A DNA stretch of 64,000 nucleotides from Felis catus (lineage: Eukaryota), in NCBI RefSeq assembly GCF_018350175.1, contig NC_058368.1, positions 57,538,001 to 57,602,000 of the forward strand. The letters are read 5' to 3'. Made by a program: the position numbers and the translations under genes. The notes under the pieces are model-generated. The model saw nothing but the letters and a program-made list of their open reading frames with translations, was not told the origin of the DNA and ran no database searches. Shown in pieces: positions 26,291-40,611 of this stretch (position 1 is its first letter; each line of letters begins with the position of its first letter).

Positions 26291-27369
26291 ATATTTAATC
26301 ATCACCACCATACTTTTGGTTATTATAAAACAAAGGAAAATTTCTGATATGGAAATTGATAAATGATTACCTAAAAAAATGTATGGATCTATAATTTTGA
26401 AGGTTAAGACGGAATTTCTATCTTCAAATGAGAAACTGTTGCAGAAATTAATTAAAATACCACCTATTAAACATTTATATAGGTTAATAATATCATAATA
26501 AGTAAATCCTGGTAGTCTGCTTGTCTTATTCTATGCAAATGCTATGCCTAGATCTATGGCTTACGTACTTAAATTGTTAATAATTATGGCATTTAAGTAC
26601 AGTATTGTTTATGGAAAAACAAGTTATCATAACTAGAGAATTAGCAACTATAAAAATTAAACATAAGCATATATCACTAAATAACAGGTATAATAAGGCC
26701 TTCTCCAACCAAATCCTTCCCCAAAATAAAAGTTATAACAGCTAGAAAACACAGATTTGGAGAGGGTTTAGTTATAAAATTTAACATTAATACCACTGTA
26801 TCAGAATGGAATTACCTTACAAATTACCTTACACACAAAAGAGATTCTCCTCCATGATATCTGATCAGAACCTGTTGTGATGATCTATTTCCGGGACTAA
26901 TTTAATATGATAACATCAAATATAGAATTCTTATTATTTATACTCCATTTAATTGTATGTTTACCAAGAAATCTTCAAATATGGAGTCTGTCATTTTCTA
27001 CTCAGTACCTACCGAAAGAGATATGCATTGGATTCCCTTCTCTATTTTATTTATCACTGTAAGCTAATTGTATTGTTATTTTGGTTTATTATATCAAACT
27101 TGGTTAAAGCACAACTATCTTAGAGAATGTGGGCCCGTTGCTACTTACAGATTAGCCTGATATGAACTCTGGACTTAGGTCAGAGGATTAAGTTAAGGCA
27201 TAAAAGGGAGACCTTTCTGGGCAGCCAGCCAGTTATCCTCATGTGTGACTGCATCCTTGCATACACCAGGAATCTCTTGGATGTTCCCCAAGTAGATTAT
27301 ATGTTTCATATTTAATCAGTACTGATAAACATTATAGAACATTTCTCTACTGCAGAGTGATTCCAATAA

Positions 27370-27550
27370 TGGCTCTCAACTCAGACTGCTTACTTAGTCC
27401 TACCATGTTGGAAACTGGACAATTTGGGATATATTTCTGTATGTTTAATTATTATTATTATTCTAATCTTTAAATATCTCTCCCATAGTGTAATGGGAAA
27501 ACTAAATTCAGTTAATAGAGGTGAAGCACTTAGAATAAGAAATAGTACCA
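27370..27550 (+). mobile_element. MIR relic
   Basis: CTCAGACTGC...GTGAAGCACTTAGAATA. Confidence 0.4.
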
Positions 27551-28247
27551 CAAAGAGAATTCACTGCAGTTCAGGCATGCAGAGTAAAGGTAGTTGTCAT
27601 CATCAGCATAATGATGGTGCTGATAATTCTATTATTATTATTATTATGTATTATAATTATCATTATTATTAGCAAACCACTGTGCAAGGTACAAAAGTAT
27701 ATGCAAATAACATTTTCTTAGGAACACCTATTAGTTTATTAAGAAAAAAGTAAATATGAGAATAAACAGAGTATTGTCAAATGCAAATAGTAGCACCTAC
27801 TTCAAAGTTCTTATGAATATTAAATAGCAGACATAAAATTCCTGACAAATGGTAGCCACTGAGAAGCAGTTACTGTTATGACCAACATGCCTAGTTTTAT
27901 TATTATGTCACCAAAAAAATCACATTAAAACATTTAACTTTTGGAATCACAGACACAATTGCTATGGTCTTGAGTATCTCTTTCCCATAATATGTCCAAA
28001 TGCTTGTAAGCTATCCTATACTTTAACAGCCTCAGAAAAGGAGAATAGAAAATGCTTAACAGTGGAGACTTTTCTCTGCTGTGGCAGCTATACTGTATAG
28101 CTCTGTGAATAGGGGCTCAGTCACACTCCTTTGCCTTCCTTGTGATCAGCTCTAATGACAAAGAACTGCTATTCCAACAGCACACTTTCATACTCAGTCC
28201 TTTAGCAGTGAATGAGAGAAATGAAGTATTGATATTCTGCTCCAAAC

Positions 28248-28466
28248 AAGGGTTTCTCAACCTCAGTGCTTCTGACATTTTGATAGGGTAAGTCTTTGTT
28301 CTAGAAATCTGTACTGTCAATTGTAGGGTATTTAGCAGTATTTCTGGCCTCCATCCACTAGATGCCAGTAGCACCCTCTCCCCCTTCAAGAATGACAAGC
28401 AAAATGTCTTCAGACTTTATCAACTATACCTAGGGGACAGAACTTTCCCTGTTCAAGAAGCACTAT
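28248..28466. mobile_element. MER20 hAT-Charlie element
   Basis: GGTTTCTCAACCTCAGTGCTTCTGACATTTTG...CCACTAGATGCCAGTAGCACCC. Confidence 0.9.
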
Positions 28467-29119
28467 TCTAGACACATGTGCCTATAAACTTTTAAGTTGC
28501 TACTTTTCTCATTATCAAAGAAAACTTTTCTATTCCCCTTTTACCTGGCATTTTGATACACTACTACCATTACAGACTTTAGGGTAATTTGAAAAGTTAG
28601 CAAGTCAAATTTAAATATATAGGAAATATTTTTTGAAGAAAGTGGCATTTGTTTGGGGGTTCACAGGAGTTTGTGAGACAGAGAACAGGTGGGATGAGCG
28701 CTGGGTTTTACCTGAAGGAAGACAGCAAGCAAAGACTTGGATCTGTAAAAGTTCCTACCTTGTTTGGTGGAATGCAAGTAAATATAAATGATCAGTGCTT
28801 AGAAAGTGTAGGGGCTGCAGAAGCACATGAATTTATTATTAGGCTTCAGAGTAGAACACAGTAAGGCAATTCTTCCCGTTAATCTGAATATGTTCTGTAG
28901 AACCAAGAAATGAAAGTTATTAAAAGCAGGTTAGTGAATCTTCTGGGCACAGGTTGATTCTGATGTGTGAATCAGAGTTAATCTAGATTGATGCGTAAGG
29001 AATGCTTGATTACCTCTACCCCTTATTAGACAAATCAGTTAAACAACAAAGAACCAAGACTCACTGTAAAGGTTTATATTCTAATAATTGCAACAATTTA
29101 CCAAAAAAAATGCTACTTT

Positions 29120-29235
29120 GTTGTGGTAAGTGTTTAACAGCATATGTTGTGTCACTTTATCACCATGTGACATGTGGTAAACACCCTCACATCAATTTAT
29201 AAATAAGAAATGTGAAACTCAGAAAGATTGGCTTC
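29120..29235 (-). mobile_element. MIR fragment
   Basis: TTTATAAATAAGAAATGTGAAACTCAGAAAGATT. Confidence 0.45.
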
Positions 29236-30379
29236 AGATCTTTCTGAATAATTATTTTTTTTGCTCTCAGAACTCAGTGAAATGTAATTATACACCTAAA
29301 CATTTAATTTTGGGAGATAGGCTTCCAGTGGCATTTAATAAAAACATTTAATTTTGTAATATGTCAACTCAATTCCAATAACTTTCCACTCATATTACAA
29401 CTCTAAGTATTAAATATTTGCTATGTAAAGTTAAAATGTCCTATCACCACATTCCACTTCTTCACACCCTTACAATATTGAACAATCAAGATTTCTAATT
29501 CCTCTTTTTTTTTCTCTCCACCAGCTTGCTTATTCTCTCTTTCTCCATTTCATTAGGAAATTAAAAATCTCAATGGATTCTGAATCTCAATGTTTTGTAA
29601 TGCAATATAAGTTAACAAATAAAATCTTATTTTCCAGGTACATTTGAAGACTACAAATTGATTTGAAAATGTATACATCTATTCATGAGTGAAATTAATA
29701 TTTAAGTATCAACAAGTCATAGACTAAGTTCAGATTTACCATATTCTGACTCCACAATTTAAAAGCATACTTTGCTTTAAAGTGCCAAGAGAATTAAATA
29801 CTAAGAGAGTAGGATATTAGACTTATATAAATCTGAACTCTCAAATATAAGATTTACAAAAACTGGGGGAGGTATTCAAGATGACCACACCAAAGGATCC
29901 TGAACTCACTCCCTCCTATGTATGCAATAAATGTACAACTATATATGGAATAATTTCCTCTGAAAAGGACCAGAAAACTGGATAAATAGAGCTTCTACAA
30001 CAAAATACAAAAGGATAGTAACAAGATGAGTAGGAGAGGCAAAGACACTACCTCACCAAAACAAACAAACAAACACCCCATCCCAGGTGTAGTGATACAC
30101 AATTGAGAGGAATCTCAAAAGCATGGAACTATTTTGTGACAAGTAAGAGGTTTGTGCTCCATGTCAGGTATCCCAACCCTTAGATCCTACATGAGAGAGA
30201 CAAGCTCCCTAAAAACGAGGCTTTGAAATTAAACAGGTTCACTTCTGGAAAACCATAAAACTGTAGGAAACAGAGAATCTGCTCTTAAAGGGCTTTTATG
30301 CATACTCAGTTACCTGGGGACCAATCAAAATGCCAATGTGAAAAGTACCTAGACCATATGTGAAGGATTTAAGATTCTT

Positions 30380-31791
30380 TTTTTTTTATCTTATAAAGCT
30401 TAGTTTATTTTTTTATATGAAATTTATTGACAAATTGGTTTCCATACTACACCCAGTGCTCATCCCAAAAGGTGCCCTCCTCCATACCCATCACCCACCC
30501 TCTCCTCCCTCCCACCCCCCATCAACCCTCAGTTTGTTCTCAGTTTTTAACAGTCTCTTATGCTTTGGCTCTCTCCCACTCTACCTGTTTTTTTTTTTCC
30601 TTCCCCTCCCCCATGGGTTCCTGTTAAGTTTCTCAGGATCCACATAAGAGTGAAACCATATGGTATCTGTCTTTCTCTGTATGGCTTATTTCACTTAGCA
30701 TCACACTCTCCAGTTCCATCCATGTTGCTACAAAAGGCCATATTTCATTTTTTCTCATTGCCACGTAGTATTCCATTGTGTATATAAACCACAATTTCTT
30801 TATCCATTCTTCAGTTGATGGACATTTAGGCTCTTTCCATAATTTGGCTATTGTTGAGAGTGCTGCTATGAACATTGGGGTACAAGTGGCCCTATGCATC
30901 AGTACTCCTGTATCCCTTGGATAAATTCCTAGCAGTGTTATTGCTGGGTCATAGGGTAGGTCTATTTTTAATTTTCTGAGGAACCTCCACACTGCTTTCC
31001 AGAGCGGCTGCACCAATTTGCATTCCCACCAACAGTGCAAGAGGGTTCCCGTTTCTCCACATCCTTGCCAGCATCTATAGTCTCCTGATTTGTTCATTTT
31101 GGCCACTCTGACTGGCGTGAGGTGATACCTGAGTGTGGTTTTGATTTGTACTTCCCTGATAAGGAGCGACGCTGAACATCTTTTCATGTGCCTGTTGGCC
31201 ATCCGGATGTCTTCTTTAGAGAAGTGTCTATTCATGTCTTCTGCCCATTTCTTCACTGGGTTATTTGTTTTTCGGGTGTGGAGTTTGGGGAGCTCTTTAT
31301 AGATTTTGGATACTAGCCCTTTGTCCGATATGTCATTTGCGAATATCTTTTCCCATTCTGTTGGTTGCCTTTTAGTTTTGTTGGTTGTTTCCTTTGCTGT
31401 GCAGAAGCTTTTTATTTTCATAAGGTCCCAGTAATTCACTTTTGCTTTTAATTCCCTTGCCTTTGGGGATGTGTCGAGTAAGAGATTGCTACGGCTGAGG
31501 TCAGAGAGGTCTTTTCCTGCTTCTCCTCTAAGGTTTTGATGGTTTCCTGTCTCACATTTAGGTCCTTTATCCATTTTGAGTTTATTTTTGTGAATGGTGT
31601 GAGAAAGTGGTATACTTTCAACCTTCTGCATGTTGCTGTCCAGTTCTCCCAGCACCATTTGTTAAAGAGGCTGTCTTTTTTCCATTGGATGTTCTTTCCT
31701 GCTTTGTCAAAGATGAGTTGGCCATACGTTTGTGGGTCTAGTTCTGGGGTTTCTATTCTATTCCATTGGTCTATGTGTCTGTTTTTGTGCC
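30380..31791 (-). mobile_element. young felid L1, 5'-truncated (about 1.4 kb)
   Basis: ORF2 C-terminus with intact [18 protein letters not shown] and one frameshift near 31520; perfect 17-bp TSD AAGGATTTAAGATTCTT at 30363-30379 and 31792-31808. Confidence 0.98.
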
Positions 31792-32009
31792 AAGGATTTA
31801 AGATTCTTATATTGCCTGCTGAAGAGGCAGGAAACCATTTGAGGTTTTTTGTTCGTTTGTTTGTTTGTTTTAGAGATGGAAGCATGCACCAGCACCAAAT
31901 TTTCAAACTTGTCCTAGCTTGCTAAGGTTGGTGCAGACATATGCCATTTTAGAACTATCCCATAACCTGGTAGCCAGTGGGCACATCCAGGTAAGAATAG
32001 GATTTATTC

Positions 32010-32232
32010 GGGGCGCCTGGGTGGCGCAGTCGGTTAAGCGTCCGACTTCAGCCAGGTCACGATCTCACGGTCCGTGAGTTCGAGCCCCGCGTCAGGCTCT
32101 GGGCTGATGGCTCGGAGCCTGGAGCCTGTTTCTGATTCTGTGTCTCCCTCTCTCTCTGCCCCTCCCCCGTTCATGCTCTGTCTCTCTCTGTCCCAAAAAT
32201 AAATAAACGTTGAAAAAAAAATTAAAAAAAAA
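32010..32232 (+). mobile_element. young SINEC_Fc
   Basis: perfect TSD AAGAATAGGATTTATTC at 31993-32009 and 32233-32249. Confidence 0.97.
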
Positions 32233-32397
32233 AAGAATAGGATTTATTCCACAGATGCAAGAATGGTTCAATATCTGCAAATCTATGAATGTGATATACC
32301 ACATTAACAAAATGAAGGATTAAAATCATGACCACCTTGGTAGATGCAGAAAAAAAAGCATTTCACGAAATTTAATATTATGATACAAATCCACAAC

Positions 32398-32404
32398 ATA
32401 TATG

Positions 32405-32462
<58 letters not shown>

Positions 32463-32525
32463 CATGACACATATATATATACATGACATATATACATACA
32501 TGACATATATATATGACATATCTAA
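32398..32525. repeat. compound (CA)n/(TA)n microsatellite with ATGAC units, inside L1
   Basis: direct reading. Confidence 0.95.
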
Positions 32526-33069
32526 ACATGATAAAAGTTATATATGATAAACCCATGGCTAACATATTCAAGAGTGAAAAGCTAAAAGCCTTTTCTCTAA
32601 GATCAGAAACAAGACAAGGATGCCTAGTCTAACTACTTTATTCAGCATAGTACTGGATGTCCCAGTATAGTAATCAGACAAAATAAATAAATAAAAGACA
32701 TCCAAATTAGAAAAAAAAAATAAAACTGTTCCTATTTGCAGATGACATACTATATATAACCCAAAAGACTCCACACAAAAAAGTTAGAATAAATTAATTC
32801 AGTGGAATACAAAATCTATATACATAAATCTGTGAAATTTCTATACACTAGTGAAGAATTATTAGAAAGAGAATTTAAGGAAACAATCCAATTTACAATT
32901 TCACCAAAAGTAATAAAACCTAGAGATAGATTTAACCAAGGATGTGAAAGATTTATATACAGAAAAGTATAAGACAATGATGAAAGAAATTAAAGAAGAC
33001 ACAAATAAATGAGAAAATATTCCATGCTCAAGGGCTGGAAAAATTAATATTGTTAAAATGACCATATTA

Positions 33070-33192
33070 GGGGTACCTGGGTGGCTCAATTGAATGAACA
33101 TCTGATTCTTGAGTTTAGCTAAGGTCATGATCACAGGGTTGTGGGATTGAGCCCTGTGTTGGGCTCCATGCCAAGTGTGGAGTCTGCTTAAG

Positions 33193-33237
<45 letters not shown>

Positions 33238-33279
33238 ACCCCTCTCCCCAGTTCACACACTCTCTCTCTCAAAAAAAAA
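33070..33279 (+). mobile_element. older Can-SINE with expanded (CT)n
   Basis: GGGGTACCTGGGTGGCTCA head; TSD CCATATTAG. Confidence 0.93.
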
Positions 33280-34183
33280 GTCCATATTAGCCAAAGCAAT
33301 CTACAGATTCAATGCTATCAAAATTCCATTGCCCCTTTTCTCAGAACTATAACAAATAATTCTAAAATTTTCATGGAACAACAAAAGATTCTTAACAGTC
33401 AAAACAACCTTGAGAAAGAACAGATCTAGAGGTATCATACTCCCTGGTTTCAAACTATACTACAAAGCTATAGCAATCAAAACATTATGGTGTTGACATA
33501 AAAACACACAGAGATCAACAGAACAGACTGGAGAGTCCAGAATTAAACGCACACATGTGGATAATTTATGACAAAAATGCCAAAAATATGGAGAAAGGAT
33601 AGTCTCTTCAATAACTGTGACTGGAAAGCCTGGATAGCCACACACAAAAGGATAGTAGACTACTATCTTAAACCATAAATAAAAATTAACTCACAATGGA
33701 TTGAAAACTTGAATGCAAGACCTGAAGCCATAAAATTACTAAAAGAAAGCATAGGCAATAAGATCTTCAACATTGGTCTTAGCAGATATCTTGGTCTTAG
33801 CAGATACTTTGAACACAAAGTAAACAAAAGCAAAAATAAACAATGGAATGACATCAAACTTAAAAGTTTCTTCAAAGTGGAAGAAACCATTATCAATATC
33901 AGAAGGCAGCCTACTAAATGGGAGGACATTTTTGCAAATCATGTATCTGATAAGAGATTAGTATCCAAAACATATAAGAATTCATCAAACTCAATAAAAA
34001 AAACAAACTACCTGATAAAAAATGAGAAGATTTGAATAGAAATTTTCTCCAAAGAGGACATATAAATTGCCAATAGGAACATACAAGTATGTTCAATATC
34101 ACTAATTCTTAGGGAAATACAAATATAAGCTACAATGATATATCACCTCATTAGAATGTCTGTTATCAAAAAGACAAGAAATA

Positions 34184-34404
34184 GGGGTGCCTGGGTGACT
34201 CAGTTGGTTAAGCGTCTGACTTTGGATCAGGTCATGATCTCATTGTTCATGTTTGAGTCCCGCATCGGGCTCTCTGCTGTCAGCACAAAGCCTGCTTCAG
34301 CCTCCATTCCCCTCTCTCTCTGCCCCTCCCCAGCTTGCTCTCTCTCTCTACCTCTCTCTCTCTCTCTCTCAACATAAATAAAGAAAATTAAAAAAAATAA
34401 TAAT
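34184..34404 (+). mobile_element. Can-SINE
   Basis: GGGGTGCCTGGGTGACTCAG head; TSD AAAGA(C/T)AAGAAATA. Confidence 0.93.
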
Positions 34405-35493
34405 AAAGATAAGAAATAAATAGCATTGGTACTTCTGGGGAAGATGGCAGAGAGGACCCTAAGTTCATCCCATCCCATGGATACAACTAGATAGCATTCA
34501 CATCAGTGTAAATAACTCAGAAAATGCCCCAAATACTAGCAGAATAAACACTACAACTAAATGTAGAGAAAAGGCCACATCAAAGATGGTAGGAAGAAAG
34601 GAGACATGACAAAGAGCCTACATGGACATGTAGGCCATTCACAGGAGGAAGTCCTGGGAGTGCAGTGAGAAAATAAATGAACTCTCATGCTGGGGAGCCC
34701 ACACAGGGGAAGACCCATAGCATTTGGCTTTGAGAACCAGAATGGCTGAATTGCTTGGTTCTTAAAACCATGATACTTAAAGTCTGGAACCTGAAAAATC
34801 AGCAGCCTCAGCTCTGGGAGGGACTGGAGGGCACAATGAATCTGCGTCCTGACCTTAAAAAGACAGGACAACAAACAGCCTCAAAGGTACAGCTTAGAAG
34901 GAGCAGTTTGAAAAGTTGCTGGGGGCATACAGTAGGGAGAGTTTTTTATTCATCTAAGAGCAGACCCTAGTGGGGAAGATTTCATTGGGAAACTCTTCCA
35001 GGGATAAAGAAGCTGACAAGTGCCATTTGGTTCACTTGCTCCTTATCATAAGCATAAGGTCACCTGGGGAAGCAGTGCAGTGTCAACATTCACTATATAA
35101 TTTGCTTACACTGTGCCCAGCCAGCACCACCAACTGGACCTGGCCTTAGTCCCAGCACTGTGGGTTCCCTTTCCCAGAAGACCAATGCAAACCTTGCCAA
35201 CATCATATCTCTCAACTGCATGCTCTGTGGAATCTTGGTCCCTGTGGCAGCTGTGGCGAGTCACGCCCCAGGGATAACCCATGTACCCTATTAAAAGTGC
35301 ATACCGTACCCATGACATTTAAGACCAGAAGATAGTTGACTTTCCTAATACAGAGAAACAAACATAGGAAGTAAGACAAAATGAGGAGACAGAGAAATAT
35401 ATCCCAAATGAAAGAAGAAGAAACATAGCAAGAAACCTAAGGGAACTGGATATAAAAAATACACATTATAGAGAATTTAAAGTCATGGTCATA

Positions 35494-35655
35494 TGAGAAC
35501 CTGGATGGCTCAGTTGGTTAACCATCCAACTCTTGATTTTGGCTCAAGTCATGATCTCACAGTTCATGGGATCAAGCTCTATGTCTGGCTCCGCACTGTC
35601 AGCCCCTCCCCCATTCACATTTTCTCTCTCAAAATAAATAAGTAGACTTAAAAAT
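35494..35655 (+). mobile_element. Can-SINE inside L1 ORF1
   Basis: CCTGGATGGCTCAGTTGGTT; TSD AAAGT.ATG..CATA. Confidence 0.88.
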
Positions 35656-38600
35656 AAAGTAATGACCATAGGATACTCACTAGACTGTAGAAAAGAATGG
35701 AGGGCATCAGTGAAACCCTTAACAAAAAGAAAACATACAAAGAACCTATCACAGGTGAAAAACTCAGTACTGAAATTAAAAATGTGTTAGATAGAATAAA
35801 CTGCAAGATAGAGGAAGAAAAAGAACAAATTAGTGACCAGGAAAACAAAGCAATGAAAAGTAATCAAGCTGAGCAGGTTTCGGGGGGGAACATTATACAA
35901 AATGAGAATGACTTAGGGAACTCAGTCACTCCAACAACCATAATAACACTTGCATTACAGGGATCCTAGAAGAAGAGAGAAAAGGGGCACAGAAAATGTA
36001 TTTGAATAAATAATAGCTGAAAACTTCCCAAATCTTGGGAAGGGAGCATATATGTAGATCCAAGAGGCACAGAAAGCACCCAACAAAATCAACCCAAGGA
36101 GGTCCACGCCAAAACATATAGTAATTAAAGTAACAAAAAGTAGTGACATAGAGATAATTTTAAAAGCAGCAAGAAGAAAGTAGACAGTTACATACAAGAA
36201 GAACACCATAAGATTATCAATTTTTTTTTTTTTTAGCAGAAGCCTTGCAGGCCTGAAGGGAGGGGCATGATATAGTCAAAGTAATGAAAATAAAGGAAGC
36301 TGCAGCCAAGAATAGTCTATCCAGCAAGGCTATTATTCATAATGAAAGGAAAGATAAAAAGTTTCTCAGACAAACAAAAGCTAAAGGAGTTCATGACCAT
36401 TAAACCAGCTATACAAGAAATGTGAAAAGGGACTCTGACAGGAAAGGAAAGACCACAAGTAAAAGTAAGAAAATATGAAGCAGAAAGCAGTAAAAATAAT
36501 AAGCATATCTAAAAAAAACTCAGTCAAGGGACTCACAAAATAAAAGAATGTAAAATAGGACATCATATACCTAAAATGTGGGGAGGAGATGAGAGTAAAG
36601 AATGGGTTCAAACTTAGGTGACTATCAACTTAATATAGGCTGCTATATGAGAAGATGTTGTATACAAATCTGAATGTAATCACAAATCAAAAATTAGTAA
36701 TAGGTATATAAAAAATAAAGGGAAATGAATCCAAGTATTACACTAAAGAAAGCCAACTTTCTGTGAGAGAAGAGGAGAAAGAAGGAACAGAGAAAGTCTG
36801 TAAAAACAACTACAAAACAAATAACAAAAAAATAACAAATACATTCTTACCAATACCTACTTTGAATATAAATAAGCTAAATGATCCAGTCAAGAGACAC
36901 AGGGTGACAGAAAATATAAACAAGCAAGACTCATCTATATGCTGTTTATCAGAGACATATTTCAGACATAAAGGCACATGCAGAATAAAAGTGAGGATAT
37001 GGAGAAATATTTATCATGCATATAGAACTGAAAAGAAAGCTGAGGTAGCAATACTTATATCGGTGAAAAACAGGCTTTAAAACAAAGACTGTAACAAGAG
37101 ACAAAGAATAATACTATGTAATTATTAAGAGGATAATCCAACCAGAAGATATATCAATTATAAATATTTATGCACCTAACATGGGAGTCCATACATGTAT
37201 AAAACAGTTAATAACAAACATACAGGAACTAATCAATAGTAAGACAAGAGTAGTAGTGACCTTAAACACCCCACTTACATAAAAGAGAAGTTAATCTAAA
37301 CAGAAAATCAACAAGGAAACAGTGGCTTTGAATGATACACTGAACCAGACGGATTTAACAGATATGTTCAGAACATTCCATCCTAAAACAGAAGCATACA
37401 CATTTTTTTACAAGTGAACATGGAACATTCTTCAGGACAGAACACATATCAGATCACAAAATAATTCTCAGCAAATTCAAAAGAAGGAAAGCTAATACCA
37501 TGCAGCTTTTCTGACCACAATGTAACGAAACTAGAAATCAACTACAAGAAAAAATCTAGAATGCATGAAGGCTAATTATATTCTACTGAATAATGAATGG
37601 ATCAACCAAGAAAACAAAGAAGAAATAAAAAATTATATGGAGACAAGTGAAAATGGAAACACAACAGTCGAATTTTGAGATGCAACAAAAGCAGTTCTAA
37701 AAGGGAAGTTTATAGCAATACAGGCCTATGTCAAGAAGCAAGAAAAATATGAAATTAGTAACCCAAAAGAGCTAGAAAAAAAACAAAACCCAAATCCAAC
37801 AGAAGTAAGGAAATAATAAAAAGTAGAGCAGAAATAAATAATATAGAACTAAAAAAGCAATAGAACAGGTTAATGAAACCAAGAGTTGGTTCTTTAAAAA
37901 GATTAACAGAATTGATACACCTCCAGCCAGATTCACTAAAATAAAAAGGAAAGAGGACTCAAATAAACAAAATCAGGAGAGAAAAAACCAACACCACAGA
38001 AATACAAAAGAATATTATTAAATATTGTAACAGGATAATCCAGAAAAAAAGATAAATTCCTAGAAATATACCTACCACAACTGAAGCAGGAAGAAAGAGA
38101 AAATTTAAACAGACTGATTACCAGCCATAAATTTGAATCAGTATCAGAAAAACTCCCCAAAAATGGAAGCCCCAAACCAGATGTCATCACAGGTGAACTC
38201 TACCAAATATTTAAAGAAGAGTTAATACCTATTCTTCCCAAACTTTTCCAAAAAAATACAAGAAGGAAAAACGCCAAATTCATTCCATGAATTTAACCAG
38301 ATTTAAACACTACAAAAAAAGAGAACTACAGGCCTATATCTCTGATGAACATACATGGAAAAATCCTCAACAAAAATATTACCAAACTGAATCCAACAAT
38401 ACATTTAAAAAATCATTCATGAGTTTCAAGTGGGATTTACTCTTGGGATGCAAGGATGGTTCAATATTTGCTAATCAATCAAGGTAGCATCAATAAGAGA
38501 AAGGATAAGAACCCTATGAACGTTTCGATGGATGCAGAAAAAGCATTTGATACAGTACAACATACATTCATGATAAGGAACATCAACAAAGTAGGTTTAG

Positions 38601-40405
38601 AAGAAACATCTGTATGAAAATTTCACAATTAACATTATACTAAATAGGGAAAAACTGAGAGCTTTCTCTTTAATGTCAGGAACAAGACAAGGATGACCAT
38701 TCTCACTACTTTTATTCAACATAATATTGGAAACTCTAGGCACAGCACTCAGACAAAAATAAATAAAAGGCATTCAAACTGGTAGGAAATAAAATTCTCA
38801 TTGTTTGCAAATGACATGATTCTATCTTTGTAAATCCCTAAAGGCTCCACCAAAAACCTACCAGAACTGATACACGAATTCAGTAAGGTAGCAGTATAAA
38901 AAATCAACATAGAAAAATCCATTCCATTTCTATACACTAATAATGAAGTAGCAGAAAGAGAAATTAAGAAATCAATCTCATTTACAATTACACAAAAAAT
39001 AACAAATCTTGGATAATAATAATATCTTGGAATAAACTTAACCAGAGTGAAAGAGCTGTACTCTGAAAACTATAAAACTTTGATGAAAGACATTGAAGAT
39101 AACACAAATAAATGGAAAGACAGTCCATGCTCATTGATTGGAAGAACCAATATAGTTAAAATGTCTATATTACCCAAAGCAATCTGCAGTTTAATGAGAT
39201 CGCTATCACAATACCAAGAGTGTTTTTCACAGAACTAGAACAAGAAATCCTAAAATTTGTATGGAACCATAAACGACCCTGAATAGCCAAACCAATTTTG
39301 AAAAATAAAAATAAAATGGGAGGTACTGCAATTCTAGACTTGAGGTTATATTACAAAGCTGTAGTAATCAAAGCAGTATGGCTGGCAGAAAATAGATCCA
39401 TGGAACATAGATCCATGGAACAGAATACAGAGTATAGAAATAAGCACATACATATATGGTCAATTAATCTTAAACAAAGGAGGCAAGAGTTTGCAGGCAA
39501 AGAGATAGTCTTCTTCAAAAAATAGTGTTGAGAAAACTGAACATCTACATGCAAAAGAATGAAATTGGGCCAGTTTCTTACATCACACACAAAAATAAAC
39601 TCAAAATGGATTAAAGACATAAATGTGAAACCTTAAACCATAAAGATTCTAGAAGAGTACACAGGTAGTAATTTTTCTGACATTGGCTCTAACAATATTT
39701 TTCTAGATATGTCTCCTGAAGCAAGGGATACAAAAGCAAAAATAAGCAATTGGTACTACATTAAAATAAAAATCCTCCACACAGAAAGGAAATAATCAAT
39801 AGAACTAAATGGCAATCTACTGATGGGAAAAGATATTTGCAAATGACATATCTGATAAAGGGTTAGTATCCAAAATACATAAAGAACTTCTACAACTCAA
39901 CACCAGAACTCCTCACAAATAATCCAATTAAAAAATGGACAGAATATATGAACAGACATCTCTTCATAGAATATATAGATGGCCAACAAATAAAAAGATG
40001 CTCAATATCACTCCTCATATGGAAAATGCAAATCAAAACCACAATGAAATATCATCTCACACATATCAGAATGGCTAAAATCAAAAACACACGAAACAAG
40101 TGCTAGTGAGAATGTGAAGAAAAAGGAACTCTGGTGTTTTATTGTTGGGAATGCTAACTGTTACAGTCACTGTGAAAGACAATAGGGAGGTAACTTAAAA
40201 CATTAAAAATAGAACTACCATATAACTCAGTAATAACACTACTGAGTATTTACCTAAAGAATATAAAACACTAATTTGAAAGTATATACGCACCCTAATG
40301 TTTATTGCAGTATTATTTACAATAGCAAAATTATGGAAAAAATCCAAGCGCCCATCGATAGGTGGATGGATAAGGAAGAAGTGGTATATTAAAAAAGAAG
40401 AAGAA

Positions 40406-40611
40406 GGGCGCCTGGGTGGCGCAGTCGGTTAAGCGTCCGACTTCAGCCAGGTCACGATCTCGCGGCCCGTGAGTTCGAGCCCCACGGCAGGCTCTGGGCT
40501 GATGGCTCAGGGCCTGTAGCCTGTTTCCGATTCTGTGTCTCCCTCACTCTCTGCCCCTCCCCCGTTCATGCTCTGTCTCTCTCTGTCCCAAAAATAAATA
40601 AATGTTGAAAA
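40406..40611 (+). mobile_element. young SINEC_Fc
   Basis: TSD AAAAAAGAAGAAGAA at 40391-40405 and 40612-40626. Confidence 0.96.

Noticed and set aside
30633..31658. 341-aa ORF as a host gene
   Set aside because: It is the ORF2 C-terminus of a 5'-truncated L1, and its N-terminal part is out-of-frame L1 sequence.
31986..31997. CAG|GTAAGA at the L1 5'UTR-ORF2 junction as evidence of a spliced L1
   Set aside because: The GT is retained, so it is not the product of splicing at that donor.
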